Below the pieces are notes generated by a model, which saw only the letters and a list, made by a program, of their open reading frames with translations, searched no databases and was not told the DNA's origin. From NCBI GenBank assembly GCA_040235515.1, contig JBECKX010000147.1, forward strand, positions 1 through 11,419: DNA of 11,419 nt. The letters run 5' to 3'. Position 1 is the stretch's first letter, and each line of letters opens with the position of its first letter. A program made the position numbers and the translations under genes. This stretch comes from Candidatus Zixiibacteriota bacterium (GTDB taxonomy: Bacteria; Zixibacteria; MSB-5A5; CAIYYT01). This document shows positions 1 to 7,378 of the stretch, one piece after another.

Positions 1-378
1 ATCTCGTCGCAGGGCAACCACATGAAGATCAATTTCACCCACAATCTGCTTGATGACCTCGGTGTGAAATTCCCGATTATGACATCGCACCCCAGCGTGC
101 GCGTTCTGCTGCATCGCGGCGAGAAAAACGATAAGACAGGCGTCCTTTATCTTCTCAATTCGACCCCGACCCAGCATTTCCGCCAGCAACAGTCCGCTCC
201 GACCAAAGTCGTGGTTCAGGTTGATCTCAAGGCACTTGGCATGAAGGGCTCCAAGCTGCGGATGAAGGATCTATTCACCTCTGAGGAGATCCTCACAACC
301 GTCGATGAACTCAAGGAAGGCCTCTACTTCACCCTCTCGAGCATCGACTCGCGCGCCTATCATTTCAAGGTCGGCTAG
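1..378 (+). CDS. C-terminal fragment of an unidentified protein (5'-truncated by the window edge); possibly the beta-sandwich tail of a glycoside hydrolase
   Basis: Frame 1 is open from base 1 (ISSQGNHMKINF...) to TAG at 376-378, so the ATG at 22 is probably internal. Codon usage is GC3-rich like neighbouring genes. The product guess rests only on the general '...LYLLN...KDLFT' character. Confidence 0.6.
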   Translation: MSSQGNHMKINFTHNLLDDLGVKFPIMTSHPSVRVLLHRGEKNDKTGVLYLLNSTPTQHFRQQQSAPTKVVVQVDLKALGMKGSKLRMKDLFTSEEILTTVDELKEGLYFTLSSIDSRAYHFKVG

Positions 379-440
379 CCTGACCGGCCCCGGTCGCTGT
401 TAGAAATCGCTGCAGCGCAAGCTTCCCCTTGACTTTTCTC

Positions 441-468
441 TTGACAAGATTCTCCATGAACTTACTTT
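441..468 (+). promoter_or_regulatory. Candidate sigma-70 promoter for the three-gene operon
   Basis: TTGACA (441-446), 16 nt spacer, TACTTT (463-468), in an AT-rich intergenic stretch about 140 nt upstream of the ATG at 609. Confidence 0.5.
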
Positions 469-608
469 GTATTAGTAACTCAGAGGCAATCATTTTCTAC
501 CTGCTGCAAGGAAGATACCCCGCGCGCCTTTCGCTATAGCATTACTGCTAACGAATAGACCGAAAACATCGCCAATCAAGTGCCTGCACAATTAGCACGG
601 GAGGTTGT

Positions 609-2072
609 ATGCGTGCGTGTATCCTCACTACGCTCAAGCACGTTTCAGTGGTCTTGCTGTTCGTTTGCGGTTCTCTTCTGATTCTACATCACAGCGAAGC
701 TGTTGCACAGGGGGATGCTCCCCTGAAAGTTACGATATCAGCTCTCCAGAACGTCCCACTCGAGAGCCAGCAGGTGAGCGTCCCGGTAATGTTCAAAGGT
801 GATCCGGATCACGCTCTCGGCGCAATGGTCTTCGCCATCAAGTTTGACACCAGCCGCCTGGCTTTTGACTATGCCGAGCCGGCCAAGCTCCTTAATGATT
901 GCGACTGGGCACACTTCAGCTCAGCGGAATCCTCCCCCGGGCTGATCAGAATGCTGGCGACCGCCGACAACCTGAGTGGTACGAGCTTTCCTTCCTGTTA
1001 TCTCACCGACTCGACCGAAGATACACTGCTCTTGCTGCACTTCACTGTTCCGACGGATACATCCTTCAACTGTGAGTTCACCCGGCTCGACTTCTTCTGG
1101 GATATCTGCACGGTAAATGAATTCTCGGACAATCTCGGATTGACCACATACGTCGAAAGCTCCGTCTTCGATATCGTTTCCTCCCAGTATAGGACCAGGT
1201 CTGACTCGCTCGGGACGATCGATGGACTGCCGAACATTTGTATGGGAGGAAGTCTCTTCCGGGATGTGGATTTCGTCACGGGAGGTATCGAGTTCGGCTG
1301 CATCGCACCACCATACCTGATCGGAGATATCAATCTTAACGGTGTTCCGTATGAAATCGCCGATCTGGTGCTTTTCACCAACTACCTCATATATGGGATA
1401 GACGTATTCACCGTCAATCCAGAGTACCAGATCGCCGCGACCGATATGAATCTGGATGGGGAAGTCCTGACGATTCGCGACTATGCCTATCTCTGGCGTG
1501 TGATTACCGGCGAGACACTTCCGCTCGGAAAGGCAAGCGCGGCACCGCTGGAAAACAGCTCGATCTATGTCGAGCTTGATACCCTCCAGCAGCAGTTATC
1601 ATTTAGCTACTCCGAACCGTTGTGTGTGATGTCGATCGACTTCGACGGCGAAATCACCCCAACTTCGCTGCAGATCGATGACATGATACTGGAGTGGAAC
1701 TTCGATAATGGCCATACGCGCATGATTATCCGGGGCGAATATCTTGCGGGGATTCAGGGAATCAACCCGGGCCCGGTATTCAGCTATACGGGATCAGCAA
1801 GCATCGTTTCGATCGAGGTCGCCGACTGGAAAGATCGGAACATCACCGTCGAGATGGGCGCGCCGCCGCAGTGCGGTGACACGAACGCGAACGGCTTTGT
1901 CTCAGTGGCCGACCTGGTCGCAATAATCAACTACATCTTCGATGGTGGCGCAGTCGCTAGTCCTACTGCAGCGGATACCGACTGCAGCGGCGCCATCAGC
2001 ATCGCGGATGCCGTCCTGCTGATTAACTACATCTTCGGTGGCGGCCCGGCTCCCTGTGCCGGATGCCTGTAG
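609..2072 (+). CDS. Secreted cohesin-like / double dockerin-domain protein, paralog 1 (487 aa)
   Basis: GGGAGG at 599-604 precedes the ATG. Hydrophobic signal peptide ends ...AVA|QGDAPL. Cohesin-like beta pattern (VSVPV...LGAMVFAIKFD...PGLIRM). Internal EF-hand pair GDINLNG..EIAD / ATDMNLDG..TIRD from 1323. C-terminal dockerin repeat GDTNANGFVSVADLVAIINYIF / ADTDCSGAISIADAVLLINYIFGGGPAP from 1872. Confidence 0.85.
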   Translation: MRACILTTLKHVSVVLLFVCGSLLILHHSEAVAQGDAPLKVTISALQNVPLESQQVSVPVMFKGDPDHALGAMVFAIKFDTSRLAFDYAEPAKLLNDCDWAHFSSAESSPGLIRMLATADNLSGTSFPSCYLTDSTEDTLLLLHFTVPTDTSFNCEFTRLDFFWDICTVNEFSDNLGLTTYVESSVFDIVSSQYRTRSDSLGTIDGLPNICMGGSLFRDVDFVTGGIEFGCIAPPYLIGDINLNGVPYEIADLVLFTNYLIYGIDVFTVNPEYQIAATDMNLDGEVLTIRDYAYLWRVITGETLPLGKASAAPLENSSIYVELDTLQQQLSFSYSEPLCVMSIDFDGEITPTSLQIDDMILEWNFDNGHTRMIIRGEYLAGIQGINPGPVFSYTGSASIVSIEVADWKDRNITVEMGAPPQCGDTNANGFVSVADLVAIINYIFDGGAVASPTAADTDCSGAISIADAVLLINYIFGGGPAPCAGCL

Positions 2073-2082
2073 GAGGGCAACC

Positions 2083-3597
2083 ATGAATTGCGCATCACCA
2101 CAATTCAAGAAAACGGGAGGACTGATGGCGGCACCACTCAACTTCGGCATTTCGCGCCTTGCTATGGCCGCATTACTCACCGGGCTAATACTCGCGCTGG
2201 TGTCGCCGAGCCCTACAGCGGCACAGGGCGACGCTCCGCTCAGCATCCGCCTCGAAACTCCGATGAATGTTCCGCTGGAGGGTCAGCTCGTTAAGGTAGC
2301 GGTGCTGTACCGGGGGGACGAGGCGTATCCGATTGGTGGGTTTGACCTCAGCCTCATGATCGATCCTCAGCTGGCAACCTTCGACCATGCGGTGCCGGGC
2401 GACCTCTTCGCGCAGTGCGGCTGGGAGATTTTCCAGTCGAGTCTCGATTCAAACAACGTTATCCGCCTGGTTGGGGTGGCTGATAAGGGCTCAACTCCTT
2501 ACCTGCCCAACTGCTATATGACATCGGGCGTAGAAGACACGCTCGCCTTCATCTTCTTCAGGGCGGTTGACGACGTTGCGTTTGCCTGTCTATTCGCGCA
2601 CCTGCAATACTTCTGGACTGATTGCGGCGATAACTCCCTCTCAAGTGCTACGGGCGATTCGCTGTTCGTGGAGTCATCCCTTTACAGCCTTGACAGCTAT
2701 CAGTACATTCCATTTCCGGAATCGCTCGGAACGGTCGAAGGGTTACCGGAATCGTGTGTGGGCTCATCCCTGAATACCCTCCGCCTGATCGACTTCACGA
2801 CCGGCGGTTTCGACTACACCTGTCTCGATAGTATCAACGACCGTGGCGATATCAATCTCAATGGCATCGCCTATGAAGTCGCCGACTGGGTACTGTTCGC
2901 CAACTACTTCCTGTATGGACTGCAGGTCTTTGACCCGAATCCGAACTTCCAGAGCGTCCAGATCAACGCAACCGACATCAACAATGATGGGGAAGTCCTT
3001 TCCATCCGTGATTTGGCCTATCTGCTGCGAATCATCGTCGGCGATGCTGTGCCGTACCCCAAACCACTTCCCGGCGATTATCCAACCGAGGTGGCGTTCT
3101 TCCAGGTCGACACGGTTAACCAGGAAATCACCTTCAGTTACCCGGAGAATCTCTGTATCATCTTCTTCGAGTTCGATGGTGTCGTGAGTGTCACTTCCAC
3201 AGACCCCGCTCTCACGGTCTCCTATGTTGAGACTGATGGTCACACGTGGGTAATCGCTTATTCGCTTGATCTGCCGTCCCCCGATGTCATTCAACCGGGG
3301 ACGGTGTTCAATTATAGCGGCGCCGGGGGCCTGATCGAGGTGCAGGCAGCCGATTGGGAGGATCGCATCGTAAACGTGCTGGTTGCCGCTCCACCCGCCT
3401 GCGCCGACGCCGATGGTGACGGTATCATCTCGATTTCCGATCCCCTGGCCGTCATCAACTACATTTTTGCCGGCGGGACTCTGGCAAACCCGGCGGCAGG
3501 CGATTTTAATTGCAGCGGAACAGTTAACATCACCGACGCGGTTGCGATGATCCACTTCATGTTCAGCGGCGGACCGCCCTGCAGTGAATGTCCATAG
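2083..3597 (+). CDS. Secreted cohesin-like / double dockerin-domain protein, paralog 2 (504 aa from 2083; alternative start 2125)
   Basis: AGGAGG at 2071-2076 precedes ATG 2083; GGGAGG at 2115-2120 precedes in-frame ATG 2125. Signal peptide ends ...TAA|QGDAPL. IGGFDLSLMID cohesin-like strand. GDINLNG at 2845. C-terminal dockerin from 3400. Colinear with paralogs 1 and 3. Confidence 0.85.
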   Translation: MNCASPQFKKTGGLMAAPLNFGISRLAMAALLTGLILALVSPSPTAAQGDAPLSIRLETPMNVPLEGQLVKVAVLYRGDEAYPIGGFDLSLMIDPQLATFDHAVPGDLFAQCGWEIFQSSLDSNNVIRLVGVADKGSTPYLPNCYMTSGVEDTLAFIFFRAVDDVAFACLFAHLQYFWTDCGDNSLSSATGDSLFVESSLYSLDSYQYIPFPESLGTVEGLPESCVGSSLNTLRLIDFTTGGFDYTCLDSINDRGDINLNGIAYEVADWVLFANYFLYGLQVFDPNPNFQSVQINATDINNDGEVLSIRDLAYLLRIIVGDAVPYPKPLPGDYPTEVAFFQVDTVNQEITFSYPENLCIIFFEFDGVVSVTSTDPALTVSYVETDGHTWVIAYSLDLPSPDVIQPGTVFNYSGAGGLIEVQAADWEDRIVNVLVAAPPACADADGDGIISISDPLAVINYIFAGGTLANPAAGDFNCSGTVNITDAVAMIHFMFSGGPPCSECP

Positions 3598-3613
3598 AAA
3601 AGGAGACACTAAA

Positions 3614-5143
3614 ATGAAAAAGCAACAGAATCAGCATGAGGTCTTCATGTGCACGCACATGCCCGGAACCACGCATTTGAAGTTCAGCTTCCCTGTAAGA
3701 CCACTGATCTTATTGGTGACGCTGATGCTCGTAATTGGAGCACCCACCCTGGTAGCACAGATCTTCGAAGCTCCACTCCGTATCGAACTGGTGGGACCAC
3801 CGCAGGACGAATTTCCTGTGGGACAGGTTCTTGAGGTTCCAATCCTGTTCTACGGTGAGTCTGTCCACTCGATAGCAGGGTTCGATTTCTTGATCAATTT
3901 CAGACCGGAGATGGCGACGTTTGATTCTGCCAGTGCCGGCCCCTTGCTCGACTACTGCGGCTGGGAGTTCTTCGAGGCCCGCAGCGACACCCCCGGATTT
4001 GTTCGCGTGGTGGGGGTGGCTGATCTCGCAAGCGTAGCCGGGTCAAATACCTGTTACTTCTATCAATCTGACGGAGACACGATAGCGTACTTGTATTTCT
4101 CGGCAACAACTGATCCCGACTACGAATGCTTGAATTCCCTCCTGGGCTTCCACTGGCTCGATTGCGCCGATAACGCTCTTGCCAGCGTAACCGGCGATTC
4201 GCTCTTCGTCGAAAAATCTGTTTGGAACCCAATCGAGCAATGGTTTTACTCAGATCCCGATACACTCAATTCCCCGCTCGGACTTCCCGATTCTTGTGTG
4301 AACCTGGAGCCGCTGACCATCCTGCGGACGGTTGACTTTGTATCATCTTCCATCGAGTTTGCCTGTAATGATACCATCGATCCTCGCGGCGATATCAATC
4401 TCAATGGCATCGCCAACGAGGTGGCAGACTGGGTGCTCTTTCAGAATTACTTCCTCTTCGGATTCGACGCCTGGAATCCCGACCCACAGTTTCGGCAAGC
4501 CCAGATTGCAGCATCAGACATCAATGCCGATGGCATTCCTCTCTCGATTCGCGACCTGGCCTACATCTACAGGATCGTGATCGGGGATGCGCTCCCATTC
4601 CCGAAGCCACTCGCGGGCGAGGACGTTGGGCTGGTCTATGTGGACTACGACACTCTCCAGCAGCAGATTTCTTTCAGCTACCCGGAGAAACTTTGCTTCA
4701 TCTATCTCATATTTGACGGCTCAGTTTCGGTCAGTTCGTCTGATCCCGACGTCGCCCTCAGCTCAAATGAGCGAGATGGAAGGACACATGTCATTGCCTA
4801 TCCCGGTGATCTCAATGGAGAGATTGCAGGCAACATCGCTCCAGAGACCGTTTTCTCCTATACCGGGGATGGTCAACTCGATAGCCTGGTTGTAACGGAC
4901 TGGAATGATCGTCCGATCTACAACTTCTTCGGCTCGCCGGGTGATTGCGGCGACGTGGATGGCGATGGCCTGCTCACAATTGGCGACGTAGTAGCGGTCG
5001 TCAATTACATATTCGCAAATGGTTCGTTGAACAATCCAGCCGCCGCCGATTTCAACTGCAGCGGAACGGTTAACATCACCGACGCGGTTGCGATGATCTA
5101 CTTCATGTTCAGCGGCGGTCCGCCCTGCGAGCAGTGTCGATAG
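3614..5143 (+). CDS. Secreted cohesin-like / double dockerin-domain protein, paralog 3 (509 aa)
   Basis: AAGGAG at 3600-3605 precedes ATG 3614. Hydrophobic segment ends ...LVA|QIFEAPL. LEVPI...IAGFDFLINF cohesin-like strands. GDINLNG at 4388. C-terminal dockerin from 4946 (CGDVDGDG...ADFNCSG). Confidence 0.85.
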   Translation: MKKQQNQHEVFMCTHMPGTTHLKFSFPVRPLILLVTLMLVIGAPTLVAQIFEAPLRIELVGPPQDEFPVGQVLEVPILFYGESVHSIAGFDFLINFRPEMATFDSASAGPLLDYCGWEFFEARSDTPGFVRVVGVADLASVAGSNTCYFYQSDGDTIAYLYFSATTDPDYECLNSLLGFHWLDCADNALASVTGDSLFVEKSVWNPIEQWFYSDPDTLNSPLGLPDSCVNLEPLTILRTVDFVSSSIEFACNDTIDPRGDINLNGIANEVADWVLFQNYFLFGFDAWNPDPQFRQAQIAASDINADGIPLSIRDLAYIYRIVIGDALPFPKPLAGEDVGLVYVDYDTLQQQISFSYPEKLCFIYLIFDGSVSVSSSDPDVALSSNERDGRTHVIAYPGDLNGEIAGNIAPETVFSYTGDGQLDSLVVTDWNDRPIYNFFGSPGDCGDVDGDGLLTIGDVVAVVNYIFANGSLNNPAAADFNCSGTVNITDAVAMIYFMFSGGPPCEQCR

Positions 5144-5180
5144 CGCGAAGCGATTTTCTGATTCAGATAGTTGAACGACC

Positions 5181-5220
5181 GGCCGCTGCCCGCTTCCCCC
5201 GGACAGCGGCCTTCTTTTTT
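5181..5220 (+). terminator. Rho-independent terminator after the paralog triplet
   Basis: Stem GGCCGCTG (5181-5188) / CAGCGGCC (5204-5211) followed by TTCTTTTTT. Confidence 0.8.
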
Positions 5221-5413
5221 GGGGGTGGCAGCTACCCGCCATCCGGCAGTGCTAAGATTTGTTAAGAAACCGGGTTTGGAAGCGGTTTCAGGGCTGTCTT
5301 CCGCACAAAAGTTGCAACGGCTAACCCTTCGCGACGTACAAGTTTATGATTCTTCGGCGGTGAAATCGAGCCGCCAGGTTGTACGTTTGCGGTCGAATCC
5401 GGCCGGAAATGCC

Positions 5414-5444
5414 TTGACTTCCAAGGAATTCAAGCTATTATACT
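5414..5444 (+). promoter_or_regulatory. Candidate sigma-70 promoter for degP
   Basis: TTGACT (5414-5419), then TATTAT (5436-5441, 16 nt spacer) overlapping TATACT (5439-5444). RBS AGGAGGT follows at 5458-5464. Confidence 0.45.
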
Positions 5445-5467
5445 GGTCTGTCTATTAGGAGGTCGGT

Positions 5468-7027
5468 GTGAAGGGTACGCGATTTTCCACCTCTACTCGG
5501 CGCATTGGCACGTTCGTCTCGTTTGCGCTTTTCGGGCTGATAGTAGGGTTTATCATATCGAGCAATCTGGGGATCGAGAATATTGCCGTGACGCAGCCGC
5601 GTGACGGTAATAATACTATTAACGCCCAGTTTGCGCGTTCTACTGCAGCCGCGCAATCAATATATCCCCTCAATCACGAGGGAAAATCACCTTTTGTCAA
5701 CGTAGTCCAAAAAGTTCGCGACGCCGTGGTTAACATCCGGGCCGAACGAATTGAGGAAATGACTCCATACCAGCAACGATGGCTTCGTTTCTGGGGATAC
5801 CCGGATGACGAGCGTCAGGAAGTCTCGATGGGTACCGGATTCTTTTTCCGGACCGACGGCTATATCCTGACCAACCATCACGTGATCGCCGGCGCGAGAA
5901 AAATTACCGTCACACTTGCTGATTACTCACGAGTGGATGCCAGAATCGTTGGCGAGGATCCGGCGACCGATCTGGCCGTGATCCGAATCAACGGCGACGG
6001 CTATCCCTGGATCGAACTTGGTGATTCCGACTCGATTCAGGTGGGTGAGTGGGTCATGGCGATCGGCAACCCGTTTCCGTCGCAAGGTCTCGACCGCACG
6101 GTAACCGTCGGTGTCGTATCCGCCAAGGGCCGCCGCGGACTCAACTTCGGTGAGGATTCCCCCGAGTTTCAGGACTATATCCAGACCGATGCCGCGATCA
6201 ATCCGGGCAATTCGGGTGGACCGCTGGTCAGCCTGGAGGGTTATGTCGTCGGCATCAACTCGGCGATCGCTTCATCCTCCGGTCAATCTGCCGGTATCGG
6301 CTTTGCGATTCCGGCCAACCTGGTCAGATCAATCCTGCCCGATCTGATCACCGGCGGGCGGGTCGAACGCGGCTGGCTCGGTGTGACGATGAGCGATCTG
6401 GACCCGGTGCAGGCGGAGGCCAACGGCCTCAACGCGGCGCGCGGCGTCCTGATTCGAGAGGTTCAGCCCGACTCACCGGCGGATCAAGGTGGCCTGGAGC
6501 GCGGCGATATCATTGTCAAGTTCGACGGAACCAAGGTCGACGATATGAATCACTTCCGCTACCTGGTGGCAGGAGCACGCTCCGGCTCGCATGTCAACAT
6601 GGAGTTGTATCGCCGGGGCAAGCCGATGAATGTCAGCGTGACGCTCGGCGATCGCGATCTGGGGCTCTCGCAGCTTTCTCCGCAGGAATTCGCCCAGGAG
6701 CAGGATCGCTACACCAAGCCAACGAAGGCCACGGAGATGTGGTTCGGGATGGCGGTTGAGACGGCCACAGAGGAACTGGCGGAGCGCTACGGCGTTGAGT
6801 ATCGCGATGGTGTGATCGTCACCTATGTCGAGCCGGGGAGCCTGGCCGACATCGAGGGTATCAATCCCGGTACGATTCTGATCGAAATCGATCACAAGGA
6901 TGTCCATTCGGCGAGCGAATTCTTCACTTTGAAGAAAGAGCTGGATGGCAGGGAACGCGCGATCGCTTTGATCGGTTACGATATTCGTGGAAATATTCGT
7001 TACTACGCGATCAAACCGCAGAGCTGA
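5468..7027 (+). CDS. degP: DegP/DegQ (HtrA, Do family) serine endoprotease with two PDZ domains
   Basis: N-terminal hydrophobic anchor. Trypsin-like catalytic motifs TNHHV (His), DLAV (Asp), IQTDAAINPGNSGGPL (Ser). PDZ1 RGWLGV...SPADQGGLERGDII and PDZ2 WFGMAV...GVIVTYVEPGS. GTG start after AGGAGGT. Confidence 0.95.
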   Translation: MKGTRFSTSTRRIGTFVSFALFGLIVGFIISSNLGIENIAVTQPRDGNNTINAQFARSTAAAQSIYPLNHEGKSPFVNVVQKVRDAVVNIRAERIEEMTPYQQRWLRFWGYPDDERQEVSMGTGFFFRTDGYILTNHHVIAGARKITVTLADYSRVDARIVGEDPATDLAVIRINGDGYPWIELGDSDSIQVGEWVMAIGNPFPSQGLDRTVTVGVVSAKGRRGLNFGEDSPEFQDYIQTDAAINPGNSGGPLVSLEGYVVGINSAIASSSGQSAGIGFAIPANLVRSILPDLITGGRVERGWLGVTMSDLDPVQAEANGLNAARGVLIREVQPDSPADQGGLERGDIIVKFDGTKVDDMNHFRYLVAGARSGSHVNMELYRRGKPMNVSVTLGDRDLGLSQLSPQEFAQEQDRYTKPTKATEMWFGMAVETATEELAERYGVEYRDGVIVTYVEPGSLADIEGINPGTILIEIDHKDVHSASEFFTLKKELDGRERAIALIGYDIRGNIRYYAIKPQS

Positions 7028-7327
7028 AAGTAGCGTTATACACTGAGTCTGTGAAGTTTGATCGTTTTGCTTCCAGCGTGGCCAGGGAGCATAGATGGGA
7101 GTTTGCTCCGGGGCGGCCCGGCGGATTGATTGACCGCGTAGTACGAAACATGGAAGCTAGAAGTAAGAGTCTTAATTAAACAAAGCTGTCAGGCATTCTT
7201 ATTAGACTAACTCGTTAACTCCGACTCGGATCGTCAGCATGAATTGTGGTGACCGGATGGATCATCGTCATGCCGACGATTCTCAGGCGTTTTATTGTGC
7301 AAGTTAATCTGCTGTATCTACACGGAA

Positions 7328-7365
7328 AACCTATAACCAAATACCATACAACCTTTAACCAAATA
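7328..7365 (+). repeat. 16-bp direct repeat pair upstream of the sigma factor gene
   Basis: AACCTATAACCAAATA (7328-7343) and AACCTTTAACCAAATA (7350-7365): 15/16 identical, 22-bp period. Confidence 0.8.
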
Positions 7366-7378
7366 GGACGGGTTCATC

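Noticed and set aside
383..396. Terminator after the first ORF
   Set aside because: The GACCGG/CCGGTC stem is short and has no following U-tract.
475..608. Riboswitch (e.g. c-di-GMP) in the leader of the paralog operon
   Set aside because: Only short hairpins are visible (TAGCA/TGCTA at 537-550), with no recognisable aptamer consensus.
2038..2082. ORF-track start of paralog 2 at 2038 (and of paralog 3 at 3584)
   Set aside because: These starts overlap the upstream gene and lack an RBS. SD-supported ATGs are at 2083/2125 and 3614.
2764..3609. 281-aa antisense ORF and similar shadow ORFs (998-1381, 4763-5242, 6473-6907)
   Set aside because: They lie opposite well-supported genes and are expected from GC3-biased codon usage. 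No motifs are recognisable.
3511..5128. Diversity-generating retroelement TR/VR pair
   Set aside because: Both copies are in-frame ends of paralogous genes. The few mismatches are mostly synonymous and not confined to adenines. No reverse transcriptase is in the window.
609..5143. Classical cellulosome scaffoldin cluster
   Set aside because: There is only one cohesin-like domain per protein, and no CBM3, SLH or sortase anchor or dockerin-bearing glycoside hydrolase is visible in the window.
5171..5458. 95-aa ORF between paralog 3 and degP
   Set aside because: It has a TTG start without an RBS and spans the terminator and the candidate degP promoter.
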